Source: Sarea resinae
Taxonomy: Eukaryota
NCBI GenBank assembly: GCA_026026165.1
Contig: JAPEUD010000017.1
Coordinates: 310,001 to 374,000, forward strand
Length of the DNA stretch: 64,000 nucleotides
Direction of reading: 5' to 3'
Position 1 is the stretch's first letter; each line of letters begins with the position of its first letter. Under the pieces are notes generated by a model. The model saw nothing but the letters and a program-made list of their open reading frames with translations. It was not told the origin of the DNA and did no database searches. Made by a program: the position numbers and the translations under genes. This document shows positions 1-13,400 of the stretch, piece after piece.

Positions 1-782
1 CGTTTCAGGTGTTCGCTGATGCCATGGATTTGTTATGTGCTCTTCTTCGAACAGTGTGGGCGAGAAAGAACATCTTCATGGCTTTTCGTATTGCTTCTGC
101 TCAGGCCTGACAGGAGCTACATTCAATTAATTCCTCAAGGCCAAAGTGATGGATGTCCCCATTGCCTATCCACGTAGAGGGGAGATACCCTCTCTGATAA
201 CGTGAAAGCTACCTACATGCAATCAGCCTGCACGCGTACGTACCTTGGACGGTTCAGCTGGAGACTAGATAACAGAAGAGGGCCATCACGGGTACGTCAG
301 AGCTGGCAAGAATGCATTTTCGATTCCACTCTAGCGGGAGCTGAAGAACGGCGCCCTAAACACCCCCCCCTCCCCATCATGCTTCATTGGATGCTTGCTA
401 CCTGAACAGCAAAATCGAGATGCGGTATCAGAAGAGAGACAGGCGGGAGCTAGCGGAATCAAGGCGATGAAGGAGGCACATCGAATACAAAAACAGCTCC
501 ATGCGAAAAGGAGCCACGAGAAGGTAGGTAGGCAGAGCAGCAGAGTGGAAGAAAGATGAAACAAAAGAGGCACAGCAATATGCCACAAAAACTCCGGTTC
601 AACGCTATGATGAGAGAAGTACCGTAGTAATAGAAGATAGCAAAACGAGAAGCTCCCCCATTCCCATTTTCGTTGGCGTCATGAGAAGCCGTGGCTTTTC
701 TTGGCCCCTTCTCCCTTCAGTGTCCAGGTACAGGATTCGAGTGTATATGCAGATGAAAGAGAAAAGGGAGCCCCTTTCCGGT

Positions 783-2250
783 TCAGACAATCTCGACATA
801 GTTGCTGCAGCGAATCAACATTAGTACAGAAGATTCTTATCCAATGTTCGGATTGTCGAAGTAAGATCCATTGCCATCAGAAGAATAAGAAACATACCTC
901 GGAAATATGCCTGTCTTATCACCGATACGGCCAGTCCACCAATCGTTCTTACTCTCCGTTTTCTTCACAATCTCAACAATGTCGCCCTTCTTGAAGCCCA
1001 AATCGCCCGGCTGGTCGGCATCAAACGTAAACAACGCGATAGCCTGGTCCGGTCCAAGTGGTCTCGGCTTGACATCGAACTGCGGTTTTGGCGCCGTCGG
1101 TCGGCGTGGGCGTGGCTTGTCGCTGTACACATAGTCGTCGTCAAATCCGCTTCGCACACTCCCGCTCCTGGTGCGGTTCTCGAGACGGTCGAAGGTCTCG
1201 CTAGGGTTCGCGCGGGAGGTATAGGAGCGCTGAATGCCGCCGGCTGGTTCTCGGTCGTAGACGTCGTCCGTCCAGGTGCTGGCTCTGCTGCGTCTTGTAC
1301 GGTAGCCGTAAGGGTCGTCGTCCATCGGGCCCGAACGTTCAATGGTCGAGCCTGTGCGATCTCGTCTGACACCTTCGCCGTACGCCGAGCCCCTTCTCCC
1401 CTCCCATACCACATCGTCAAGTTTATCGTCGTAGATTGGAACGTCGTTGTAGATGTCGTCGCTGGCCATGTTTCCAACGCCAGCAAAGACTCGGGAATTC
1501 AGTACGCGCATCAGTGGCTCCGCTGCCGGCGGTGGCCTGACGCTCCCTCCGAGCAGTTGAGCCGCCGTGACCCGAGAACTGTAGAGCTTCTCATTTGCGT
1601 CCCTGCGCTCGAGAAGAACACTGCCCTCCAAGGAGACTCCAGCGAAGAGGCCCTTGGTCTTCGAGTAGGAGAAAACACCGGCTACACTTCTGAAGCTCGC
1701 TGCTCCAGCAGCTTCCGCATTACGCCCGACAGGCCCAGCCGCGATCGACACATTCCCTCCCAGTGTTATGGAACCAATCTGAGAAAAGGTCCGCACCGCG
1801 GCCGCGTCGTTGAGGATGAAGACGAAATCCGTCAGCTCAAAACCAATCTGGCCACCAAAGCCACCTCCAGCAGTCGCAATGGCCGAAGGCGCCGACCATC
1901 CGCCGTCGGCCAGACGGGCGACAACAATACCGGACCCAAAACGAGCGGATCCGAGGAATCCCGCCTTGAGTATAGTTATGACCGCCAGACCCTGAAACAA
2001 AACGGTTAGACGGCCGTATCTATTGTTGGCGAGACAATTACCTTTGCATTTGCGAGAATCTGTGGGGGTATGATCTTGTCCGGTCCGAAAGATTGTCGCG
2101 GATCGACGAAGGATGCGAGGATTTTGCCGGCTTTCTTGCATTCGCCTGGAGCACCAAAGTCAGTCGCAAGTCGGTCGCGCACCTGGACGTCGCGCAGGGA
2201 CACTTACTCCTCATAGAAGAGGGCAACGGATTATTGATTCCTAAAGGCAT
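783..2250 (-). CDS. YSC84: Ysc84/Lsb3-family SYLF (DUF500) + SH3 actin-patch/endocytosis protein, 4 exons
   Basis: Spliced N-terminus MPLGINNPLPSSMRS-ECKKAGKILASFVDP. SYLF motifs KAGFLGSARFGSG, GGQIGFELTDFVFILN and GLFAGVSLEG. SH3 ALFTFDADQPGDLGFKKGD...WWTG...GIFP/SNYVEIV*, with the last exon at 783-804. Confidence 0.93.
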
Positions 2251-3020
2251 GGTGGGGATTTGCGAGGGAGGAGGCAGAGAATGGTGGGCGGTGGCGTCCT
2301 CGAGCCGGGTGAGATATCTCAATCACGCACAGAGGAATGATAATCACGATGGCAATAAGCCAAGCCAACGACGGGAACCGAGATGATCAGGACAATGCTC
2401 TGAGGCCGACTCTGTTCGAATGCGCCCGCTGCTGCTGGCCGTCGTCTTCTCTTGGATCTATCGCTGCTCGCTGCTCGAACCCCGCGATGAGAAATGGGAT
2501 AGCCGGGAAGGTCGAGTAGGAGCGAGCGGAATGTACTGGAGGAGCCAAGTGCGTCAGAGCCGTCAGAGCCATCATCACACAGCCCTGGAGTATGTACTAC
2601 ATACTCCGATAGAAGCTACTGGGCCGGTCGGGGTCTCAGGTACTGAAGATCCTATGCCATGCGCAGCCTGCGATCATGTACTCCGTACCCGACATCTCCC
2701 CGATCTGCAAACCTTCCGGAAAGAGCCGCGCGTAAGGTGCAGGTGGCTGCCCCGTGGCTGCGTACAGTCGATGCATCATCTTTCGCTTTGCCTGTGCCGC
2801 CGTTGCTTTGTGCTTGCCCGGGAGTTGATGATGACCACGGCCATGTTGATGCTCATCGCCCATTGATCGCCCATAGTCGCGAAGGAAGAGAAGTAACAAG
2901 ACGCTTCCCCATCTCAGAACAGCAGCATCCTACCCCCAAACTATTGCTATCCCAAAATCACAAAGCCCCGACGTCACCACCCCGTTTGGACCTCCTCAAG
3001 AAGATCAGAGCAACGCAAAG

Positions 3021-3393
3021 ATGTCGGAAGCATACGAGCGCGAACGGCAGAACAACTCGCGCCTGGATGAGCTGGCCTCCAAAGTCTCCGCCCTACGAGG
3101 CGTGACGGTCGACATATACGACAACGCGCGAAGCCAGGACATCATCGATAGCTCCGTACGCAGACGCCCTTTCCCTCGCCTCTCGATCCTCCCCTCTCCC
3201 GCCCACACTCCAGCTGACCAAGATCAATGTACAGAACGATGTTTTCTCCAACATGTCGACCTCCCTCCGTGGCAGTGCCAGCCGGTTAGGCCGAATGGCC
3301 CAAGCAGGAAATAAAGTCGCGATTCTGAAGCTGTCAGGCATGATTATCGGCGTCGTCGTGTTGCTGTGGTGGATACTGAGTTGGTTCATATAG
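3021..3393 (+). CDS. SFT1: Golgi Qc-SNARE Sft1/Bet1-like
   Basis: MSEAYERERQNNSRLDELASKVSALRGVTVDIYD, intron 3156-3234, then NDVFSNMSTSL... and a C-terminal TM anchor MIIGVVVLLWWILSWFI*. Confidence 0.85.
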
Positions 3394-3740
3394 TGGGAGC
3401 TTGGGAGGATTCTCTCTCAAGGGAATGAGGTTCAACGGGCTGGTGTCTGCTGGAAGGTAGATTGGAAGTCGGCCAGAGTAGAAGATAGGCTTGGATGGGG
3501 CTGCATAGCTTGCTGGGCTGGCCTGATGGGCTGAGCAGGGTGAATGAACAAATAAGCAAACCGGTTGGTGGGTCTCACAATTTATACCATGGTTCGAGAT
3601 GGAAGGAAGATCGAGCAAAGAGAGAGTTCGTCTTCGAACTGGTGCATCAGAATCTGGTTACACATTAGCATCATTGCTGCCATATTACAGCGGACCTTGA
3701 ACGAGGCCAAAGGCGTTGGTATTTAGCGCTTTCTACTAAT

Positions 3741-3780
3741 TACTGTATTGTATTGTATTGTATTGTATTGCATTGCATTC
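3741..3780 (+). repeat. (TATTG)n/(CATTG)n pentanucleotide microsatellite
   Basis: tactgtattgtattgtattgtattgtattgcattgcattc read directly. Confidence 0.9.
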
Positions 3781-3966
3781 TAGCTATTCTGATGGAAAAT
3801 CTATCCCGCGGTACTTATTCGCTATGGTGCTGCTCATTATTCTTTCATACAACATGACAATTAAGACTTGCGATGCCATATTGTAATGGTGCTCGCAACA
3901 CGGCTTCTTCTGTCACGGGGCATACACAAGCAATGGTATTCTCTACCCATAGGTCGATTTGTCTAC

Positions 3967-6017
3967 TTATTCCCAGACATTGGAGAAGAGATCCTCGCTA
4001 CCTCCAAACCCTGTGGCTGGCTTCTTTGCCTGATTGGGCGATGAGGCCACTGGAGGAGCGCTGCTCCAACCGCCGAAATCCTCGTCACCAGTAACCTTGG
4101 GCGGACTGGCATGGCTCACTACATCCGCATTTGCCCCTTCCGCGAAATCACCCCATCCCCCAAAATCATTTGAGCTTCTAGTAGCTGCCGGAGGTGACTT
4201 GTGGGCGGTGGTAGCCGAGGTATTGTCATGGGTCGCCCAAGCATCGTTCGAGCCCCAGGCATCTGTGTTAGACCAGATAGAGCCTACACCTGCTGTGCTG
4301 CTTGGAGCATTGCTGACCTGCTGGATTTTAGGTTGAGACGGTGCCATAGGCTCGGAAAGATTGAAAGCTGAGCTGATATTCGGAGGTGATGTCATGTCTG
4401 GTTTGGAGGTCATTGTTGGCGCTGCAGGAGAAGAGAAGTCGAACAAATCACCCAGTCCAGAGCTCGCTTTCGGCTTCGGAGGAGGACCAGGAGGAGGGCC
4501 TGAAGGAGCAACGTTGAAGTCACCAAACCCTGTTGTGGAATGAACTTGTGGCTCCTGCCGAGATGGTGCGCTTGGGACTGAAGAGGGTTTCGGGGGGTCA
4601 AAGAAGCTTCCTCCCTCAAGCCCAAGGGAAGCTCTCTGAGAGTTGACCTTTGACACTGAAGTTGTCGAGCGTGGCGAGCTGTAGCTGCCTAAACCCGAGA
4701 ATGGAGACGGACTCGGCTGTTGCTGTTGAGATGAGGCTCTGTTGGACCCAAAATCGAGACCGGCGAACGCATCAATCAACCCCCCCGATCCTGACTGTTG
4801 TGACTGCTGCTGCAATGGAGGTGAAGTTGGTCCGCTAACAGAACCCGATTGTGTGTGCTTTGGTGGAGGACGAGGAGCACTAGCATAGAGGGAGAGAATA
4901 GATTGCTTGAGATCTGGTCTCGACGGAACAGTCGAACTTGAAGGGTTGGGGGTTGCGCTAGCGGACCGAGCTGGTGATGCGGATTGCGATGGGCCAAATA
5001 GGTCAAGACCTAGTAGTGAATCGCCTTGCTTCATGGGCTTTGGTGGGGTCGGAGGAACCTTGTTTGGAGGTGGCCGGGTGAGTGATGGTTCAGTGGTATT
5101 TGGCCTCGCGGGTAACGGTGCTGTATCATCACCAAATAGGTCTACATTCTGCGCCGGTCTGGCTACTCTGGGTGCTGGCTGACTGGAAGTAGAGGCGCGA
5201 GTAGACGATGATCTATCTAACTTTGCCTTCTCTTGGACGAGATTGAGTGGCTAGGAAAAGAGATGGTCAGCTTACGCCATTCAATCTAGGTCCGGATTTC
5301 ATAGACGTACGACGTCATCATCGCCTTCCGCATCCAGAGTCGATGGGTCAGGGATACCTCCGTCCATCACCCATCTTTTCGATTCGTATTTAGTACGTAT
5401 GAAATTTTCGATCTTCCTGTTGGAATTCAGTAATGATTATCCCCCATTCTATACACAACACGGGAACCACACTCACGCTTCAGATGGGACATGTCCAGGG
5501 GCCAATTTCGCTTCCCAGTACCTGAACAGCCATGAGTATCAAATTCAAAGACAGCATAGACATTGGGGCACCCACTTATTAGCTCTTGCATTTCCCCACC
5601 GCAAAACACTTTGCAGTTGTTCGTCCGTCCAAGCGTCGAGATCCACAGACTTTACTCGACTGATATGGGTGCCCATTCCTCGATGGATTCCGGAGCAGCT
5701 TTGGCAATTGTAAGCCCACTATCCCAGGGAAGAGTTGCGATGCATCATTCAACGCTGGGAGCCCACGTACCGGATGCAAATGAATATGCCTAGATTCCAA
5801 CTTGCCCATCGTGGATCTAGAAGCCCACCCATTGATGTTAGCCATGTTTCAAAGTGGCTTGGGGGGAACGTCAATCATTCCGAGGTGCAGGCTACCCACG
5901 TTTGTTTCTCTTGCAGTCCGCGCATGTTTTGTTTGCTTCAAGCTTCAGTAAGCTCTTGATCGTTTGCTGGTTCTGTGCGGCTCTGTCCGCCGCAGGGTTG
6001 GGGACGCGCCGGGACAT
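3967..6017 (-). CDS. AGE2: ARF GTPase-activating protein (Age2/SMAP-like), multi-exon
   Basis: Spliced CADCK...[36 protein letters not shown] zinc finger. Low-complexity tail with LLGLDLF, DLFDF and DLFSNVWE clathrin/adaptor-type motifs. Confidence 0.9.
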
Positions 6018-6563
6018 CGTGCCGATGAGACTCTAGGAGTCTGGCTTTATAGTTTCATCAAACTTATGATGGTCAATTTGCAGAGGACACCAGATTGAAA
6101 GAAGAAGAGGCCGTCAGATAAGGTGGTAGCCTAAGGCAAGATATGGATCCAAGCGGCGATATAATGTTGTTGCGTGTCTGAACTGTGCTATGTACTCTAG
6201 ACTGATGTACTCTAGACTGCGGCGCATGTGGCTGGAGCGGTGGTATCGAACACATCACGTGGGAACTCGGTACGTCAACGTAGGAACCCCACCAAAATCA
6301 CGGCAATCAACGCGTTTGACTCATCAACCATTTCGATTACGTTCTTCTAATATGGTGGCATGGTTTATTGGCATGAATTTGTGATCTGTTCGTGTTTGTT
6401 CTGTCTGGAGAAGGGATGAACGCGTGAGAGCCTTATAATAATGATCCGTACCAGCTTCGTGGCCTTGATTACAGAGAAAGCAAGTCCCAAACGATGAGAA
6501 GTCATAACCTCCGCTCGCCGCAAACGTACTTCAACACACTATCCGATCTCTTTGCGCCTTAGC

Positions 6564-7220
6564 CTAGGTTTTTCCTGCCTCCACAGGATCGTCCTTGTTG
6601 AAATTCAAGCTCACACTGTTCACACAATGCCTCTCATCTGTCGGTGTAGGATACCCTTCGCCCTGGAAGATATGACCCAGATGCCCACCGCAATTCGAGC
6701 AAGTGATCTCTATTCGCTTCATCCCAAACGTATGATCTGTGTGCCTGGTAATAGATCCAGGAACGGCGTCAAAGAATGCGGGCCATCCACATCCTGATTT
6801 GAATTTGTGGTTGGCGTTGTATAGTGGCGCATTGCAGGCAGCGCAAGTGTATGATCCGGACGACGGCATGTGCTTGTCATATTTGCCCGTGAAAGGTGCT
6901 TCGGTTCCCTTTTCGCGGAGGACTCGGAACTGATCTGTGGCGAATGTTAATCGTCCGAACGGGATGGTTCGTCACCGAACGGGATACTGACCTTTGCTCA
7001 ATACCGCCTGCCACTCCTCGGGGCTCTTCTGCACGGGATGAGACATCTTTTTGGAGCTGAAACCGCTGAAAAAGGATCCCACGAATGGTATTGTTGGCAT
7101 GGACTTCAACGCGTTTCCTCTCAAAGCTGGATGCGATGCTCCCAAGGGTAAAAATGCTCTTGTTGTATTGGTGAAGGTGAAAAATGTGCGTACGATGGTC
7201 GGAAAAGATGGGAAGTGCAT
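6564..7220 (-). CDS. MXR2: Peptide-methionine (R)-S-oxide reductase MsrB/SelR
   Basis: KSPEEWQAVLSK, intron, QFRVLREKGTEAPFTG, CAAC, KFKSGCGWPAF, RIEITCSNCGGHLGHIF, ERHCVNSVSL. Confidence 0.95.
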
Positions 7221-7943
7221 CTGCCTTGAGTGATCTGAGGGAATAGGATAGTAGGGGACAAGCGATGAGAATAATGGCTGCGAAACTACTCAAGAGTATT
7301 TGTTTTGCGTTGAGGCAGAGAGTCTGGACCGTCTACGCCACTTTGAAGCATTCCAAATATTCGGTCATCCATGTCGTCATTGATGGGCAGGGCCGGTATT
7401 CATGGGTAAGGTACCTTTCTTACCGTACCATTCACTCCACACAGTTCTCGTAATAGATACAGCAAAGCTCCTTAGACCCCTTATTTCAAATTTCTGTGTT
7501 CCTATACTCCAATAAGAACGCAGTCATCCAATCTATGATGGCATGCGATACACACACCTGAAAGCTGTACATTAATTACATTCCGATTCGAAAGCAATAA
7601 TTCTCGCTGTGGTCATTCGAAATCTCGATCCAAATCCAGCACATAGCCTTGCGGATACGATATCCAGAATACCCATACAAATTCCCTCCCACCAACTTAA
7701 AGCCACGTGTAAGCAGGCTTTCAGTCATCCAATCCAAAAGAAAATGCTGATCCCTGTGCCCCCTCTTCTGGTCATAAGCGGGGTATATCCTAACAACAGA
7801 CCAAAAGAAAATGAAAACAGTGATCATAAAAATGCCAAGCGCAAGTCTGGCTCCAAGCAGCGTCAAATATGGAGGATGTCCAACGTTATAATCGCTATAC
7901 CCAAAGCCCAATGCTGCGACGCGGGGCCTGAGCGCATGAAGGA

Positions 7944-9653
7944 TCACCTCGGCCTAGCGACTCCTGTCACAACCACAACGCCTTCACCAACTTCAATCTT
8001 CCAACCTTCTTTGACAAGCATACTCGCTACCGCGGGTCCAATGCGCCCCTTTCCACCTTCGCTGTGTCTTCCGACACCAGTGACGATTCTGTAGCCCGTT
8101 CCGATACCCGCTCGGCCTCCTATTCTTCCGTCGCCTAGCCCAACCCACCAGCTTGTGACTTTCTCCCTTGCAATTCTCACAGCATCTTTGACGCTCACGC
8201 CGTGAAGATCAAGCTCTGTGCCGCTGGACTGCGAGCTCACCAAGGCTTCTGCAGCCGCGGCGGAATATCCCTTGACTTTGGCGTCATAATCGCGCCCGAG
8301 GTTGCTATAATATGCCGCAGCGGCGCTCATAAGACGGTCAGATTTCCCTCTTCGATAAGCTGCAGATGCTTGGGTGAAGGCTGTTTGACGAGAGGTACTG
8401 TATGAAGATGCGAGAGCAGCAGCCGATGCCTGACTGAAATTGACAGCTATATCAGCTGGGCGGGGGGGAGTTTCGACAGTCTCTGGAACGTTTATAGGAG
8501 CATAGTTCGTGATGATCTCGAGTCCGCTCGGTTGATTGTGTTGTCGTTTCGCTACGAGGACCCGCGCCAACTCATGAGCTGAGGCGGTTGAGGGGTGAGT
8601 TAGGCGGACCAGCGCCAGAAGATGAGCGGGTAGAATGGTTGGAAAATCTTGCCCCAGCTCGTATGCGTTCATTTGGATGACTGGGTCTTCCGAGTCCAAA
8701 TCTACATCTCCCTTATTCTCATTATCAACGATTGACTGTATGGTCGCGGATAAAGAGGCTCCATTGCTGTGATACACAGATGAGATAGAAGACTGAGCTA
8801 TCCCGGTACGTGAAGAGACAAATTCAATATCGTCCTTGGCAGTTTCCCATCGGCTGCTGGCCGGCTTGCTGTAGCCAGCATCAATCATGGTGGGCGGTAA
8901 CGAGCTAGATCTTCTGCAACCGATTCTGGTGTCACGTAAATCTCTTTTCTTTTTGCCTTTCCCCTTTCGCTTCCTAGGTGGGGTGTTTTCGTCGGCGAAG
9001 GCTTCTATACCACGAGCTACTTTCTCTCCATCGACAGGTTCTTCTTCGAAAAAGACTTGATTGAGAAGGTCCTCCACGGTCCTACTGAAGTTACCACGGC
9101 ATGCCTTCAGCGTGTGGGAGATGGTCAAAGTCTTCATGCTCGGAAACATCTCTCTCAGCATGTTCTCTTTGCCTTGTGTGTCCAAATGCTCCAACTCTGG
9201 TAACGTATCGCTTGATTCCCCTCTTTGGTCTGAACCCGACTTTGTAGTATCAGCTGCGCCCAAGGAAGACAACGATTGCGTTAGGCTTGTTAAGTCCGTG
9301 TCTTCAGACTGCGACGCAAGTCCGCCACCCCATTCTGGACATGAATCTGCCTGCTCGGAAGCGCCGTTTTCCGTCTCGGCGCGACAACAGACGGCTGATC
9401 CGCTGCTTCCAGAGGGGTCAAACTCTGTGTTCTCTTCGACCAAAGCAGAGAGCTTTAGTTCATCCAGTGTGCCTCGGACTTCTTGAAGGGCATTGTCGTC
9501 CGAAAAATCGTAGTCGGAAAGAATGGCAGATAGGAGCGCCGAGTCGATGGGTGGACAGTATTCCTTCTGTGGCGGCGATATTCACTTTTAGCTCCGGAAG
9601 CTCAACAAGGGGCGCCCGATTCTCACTTCTAATAGAGCCACTATCTCAGCCAT
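7944..9653 (-). CDS. CUE2: CUE-like + DUF1771 + Smr domain protein (Cue2/N4BP2-like endonuclease)
   Basis: Short exon MAEIVALLE spliced to KEYCPPIDSALLSAILSD. CUE-like LREMFP. AFTQASAAYRRGKS...AAAYYS. Smr ELDLHGVSVKDAV...IVTGVGRHS. Orthology to CUE2 is inferred. Confidence 0.85.
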
Positions 9654-10483
9654 GTTCAGCATACCATAATGCCGATGCCTTATTGCCCTTAAAAGTGCAA
9701 ACAAACTGAGCTGTCTATGCGGGTAGGCATGCGGGGTACGGTGCGCCGGGCTCAAGGAACTGCGAAAGTTACGGGCCAGATGTTGTGCAATATTTGAATG
9801 AGCGTCGATAGTCGGGTGGACATGTCCTCAGGTTCCTTAAGTGTGAGGTTGATGTAGAAGTCCATGACGAAGGAAGATCTAGACGGATCTGTGACTGCAT
9901 TACGGGGTAGTACTTTGTACAAAGTACGTTGCGTTGGCGGCAGAATGCGAGAACGCGGTTCGCTTGTCTCGGTAAGATCTGAACGGGAATGGATGGCGAG
10001 ATATTTGTGGGTGACGAAATAATACCTACAGCTGGAGGGGTCCGAGATACGGCGCGGTACATCACTTTATCATCTCTTAGGAGCAGTTACGGAGTAGATC
10101 GCGACCATCGTTACATCGTTACATCGTGTTGGGATTTTCTAATATTGATTATTCTCCTTGAGCCCCTTTATCAAACCATCATTACCTCCGTACGCCAGTC
10201 AAACTTGATAATCGATCAATTTATCCGAGCACATGCAAAGCAACGGTAAGAATGATCGGTAAGCTAACTTTACCACTAGGGAGCATGCTCAAGCAAAGCC
10301 CAGATTGCACACGTCCCATGCATGTAGCATCATCCCCCAGGCGCCACGTGGAACAATCCAGCCCCCCTCACAATTGGAGTAGTAGCATTATGCAGGCCAT
10401 GAGTAAACACCTCAAAGCACCGAAAAGGGTTTCATCCATGCGTGAGCCAATGTAAACCCTGCACAAACGCCAGAAGAGCAAGA

Positions 10484-13400
10484 TTACGACAAATGAAAGG
10501 CACCTTGGCCCTCTTTGATCGCAACTTTGAGTCTCTGGCGCATGATGTTTAAATCGGTATAGTCTGGCAACTTGAGATAATTGACACAAGTCATGACGCT
10601 GGGCAAGTAATCGTCGGATGAGTATGGCGGCTCACTCGGCTTGCAGACGACCGTGAACATTGGAGTGAGGCTTTTGAAACCTGCGGGCTGTCAGTCATGC
10701 ACTACCGGAGAAAAGGTCTATACATACCTCCAATGGGCAATTTCGGACTACCAGTAACAAATTGGAGAAAATCGCGTCTCTCTGCCAAGGAAAGCTCGCT
10801 CATGGTCTGAAGAAGGTTGCGGACACTCTTGCTATCCATGTTAAAGCCATGGTCGGCCTTAATGGAGTCCAGCAAAGCTAGTGAGAGGTTAGTCATCTGC
10901 CCTTATTCTTCATCTTCCACTTGCTTACTTTCAAGTGACCAGTCCTCCTCAATACGGCCGAAGAGCATCACAAGCTCATCAGGCGTGAAGGCACTCAGAG
11001 CCGAGTAGGGGAAGACCTGGGAGAATCCAACTCTGAAAGCGTCCACTTGTTTTTGTACTCCGCTGCCAAGAGTAAGATCTATCACTCTATCGACATAAAG
11101 GCCAACATTTTCAAGTGTAACGGGAATATTTGAACCATTTGGTTGGAGTTCAATAGATGGATAACCAGGCAGAGTAAAGTCCAGGCCTAGATCCTCCACA
11201 TGAACGCCCTGTATTTCCACAGCAGATGCCGCATTAGCTTTTTGGGCAGCAGTCAAGCGGTTGTCCGAATCGATCTTCTTCTTGGCATTTGCAAACTGTT
11301 TGACAAGTACCAAAGATTTAGCAAGGTCCTGGTCGACCGTCTTGACAGCACCCAGGGACGGTGATACTGTCTTAGAGCCGTCGCCAATGCGGAAAAAGGT
11401 CGGATTGAACGACACATCAATGATCCTGGAATCCAGCATAGACCTAGCCACAAACTTCCCGAGTATCTTGAAGAGATTGAGGATTCGTTGACCGTTCTCG
11501 TCCTCGGCTTGGTCCGCGCTCAGTGGAGCAGGAAACAGGCCGCGCTTGCCGAAAGCGTATTCATCCTTGTCATTCGACTCATTTTCTCTCCACAGCTTGA
11601 GCTTCTTTTGGGAAAACTCTTTCGAAACCGTAGAGTAAAACTCAAGGGTAGGGCCGAGGCCTGTACCGACTTCCTCGAAATACTCGACCTCCAAGACGCT
11701 GGGCGATGCGCCATACAGTTCCATAACCTTAACGGCCGACTCAAGGATTCTGGTTCTGGATATCCTAACTTTCTGGCGCTGCAGCCGACCAAGGAAAGGA
11801 CGCTCGTCACGATGACGGTCCTGCCTTGAGTCACTGGTGGATTGGCCATTCTGCCATCGAGTCATGGAGCGCGAGTACCCAAAAGAAGTTGACTGGAGGA
11901 AAAGATGCCTTGTCTCAAAGGGAAAAAGAAAGGGATAGAGACGTGCTAGGTCCTCGCTCCAGCTCGGAAGGCAATTGCTAGCAACAATCAGTGGTTCTTC
12001 GAGCTGGCGGTTAAGCTTCGCGGTAAGCTTAGTATTGACAAATTGTGCTAAAGGTTCAACGTTAAGCGCTATGGCTTCCTTGTTCTCGGCTAACACATCA
12101 TCTAAGTTAGCATTAAGGGCATGCAGGATATTCAGTAGACGAAGAATCATAGATGTCGTTGGGTTCTTGTCGAGAGATACAGGCAGACCAGATGATGTTG
12201 GTTCCGCAATGGTCTCCGGAGGAGGTGTCAATGAGCTAGACTCGGGTGGGGGCGGACCAGAAACGCGCCTGAATTTGATAGTATGAATTGCAGACCACAC
12301 ATTTTTAACCTGAGGCTCCTTTTCTTGAGTCTTGTCGAAATGAACAGCTCTGTATATCGTGGTTTCATTTGAGATCGGCTGATCGTTGATACTGAACTCG
12401 ATATGCCAATCTTGAGGAGTAGTTTGAATGGCTGCAGCATAAGACATTGATCTGCTAGCTGAAGATGGTGTAAGCGCCTGAGGTGTAGGAGTTCGCAAGG
12501 AAGGTGGTGGCTTAAAGACAGAGCCAGAGGCACCAGGATTTTGAGAAGGTGTCGAGATTCTTGTTCCATCTTCCTTTCGTGCGGTCACCTTGCCAGTAGA
12601 AGCAACTTCCATATTTACTGCCGAAGGGTCCACTGCCTCGTCTTCTTCCATGTCATCTTCAAGCTCGCCGACGATAGCGTCCAAAGCACTCCCTTCTTCA
12701 AGATCATCCTCATCTGTCAGCTGCCTCTCATCTGCGCACTCTAGAGGATCTTGAGCCTCGTCTGATGTCTGGACGGGCAAAGGTGGAGTTGGCTGCCTTG
12801 GTGGCTTATTCCTACGGCTAGATCGTCGTGTACCTGCCGGCTTTTCCTGCTGGTCGCTTGTATTCGATTGGGCTGCATTAGCCTTCGTCTTGTCTTTTGA
12901 CTTTGCACTCTTTCGGGTACCACGGCTGGAAGCATTAGCTGGAGCGGCTGGTGGTGTTGAAGGTGATGCTCCTGTACCCGCAAGCCCTCGTTCGGCAAAT
13001 CGTTGATGCGGATTAGGAATGCCAGCAGCGGCAGCAAAGGCTGCGAGAGCACTCGAGACGCCTTCTCGATGTCGAGCGCCACGAGGCCGTTCCGACAAGC
13101 TGATTCGGGGACGCAGATAGTCATCAAGCGCTTTGAAAGTAGCAATGGCATGGATCGAGACCATTATGTTCCGGTAAGACTTAGGAATCTCGGAATCCTC
13201 ATCTGCAATAAGTTTGAGACGAAGTTGCTTGGCTAGCATTGAGGCGGCACTGCTGCGATTGCTATCCAGAGAATTCTGGTGGACCGTGATGACCTCAAAA
13301 TGTTCCGCCCGGCTCAAGAGAACTTGAAGTTTATGGACCAACACACTAAAAGGTGTGGTCGGCGAGTTGCTGCTTGAGGTTCGAGGCCTACTCTGCGTGG

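Noticed and set aside
1..600. Possible minus-strand exon (LSRSNTKSHEDVSFSPTLFEEEHITNPW) running off the window edge
   Set aside because: No recognisable family, and the start and splice structure cannot be fixed within the window.
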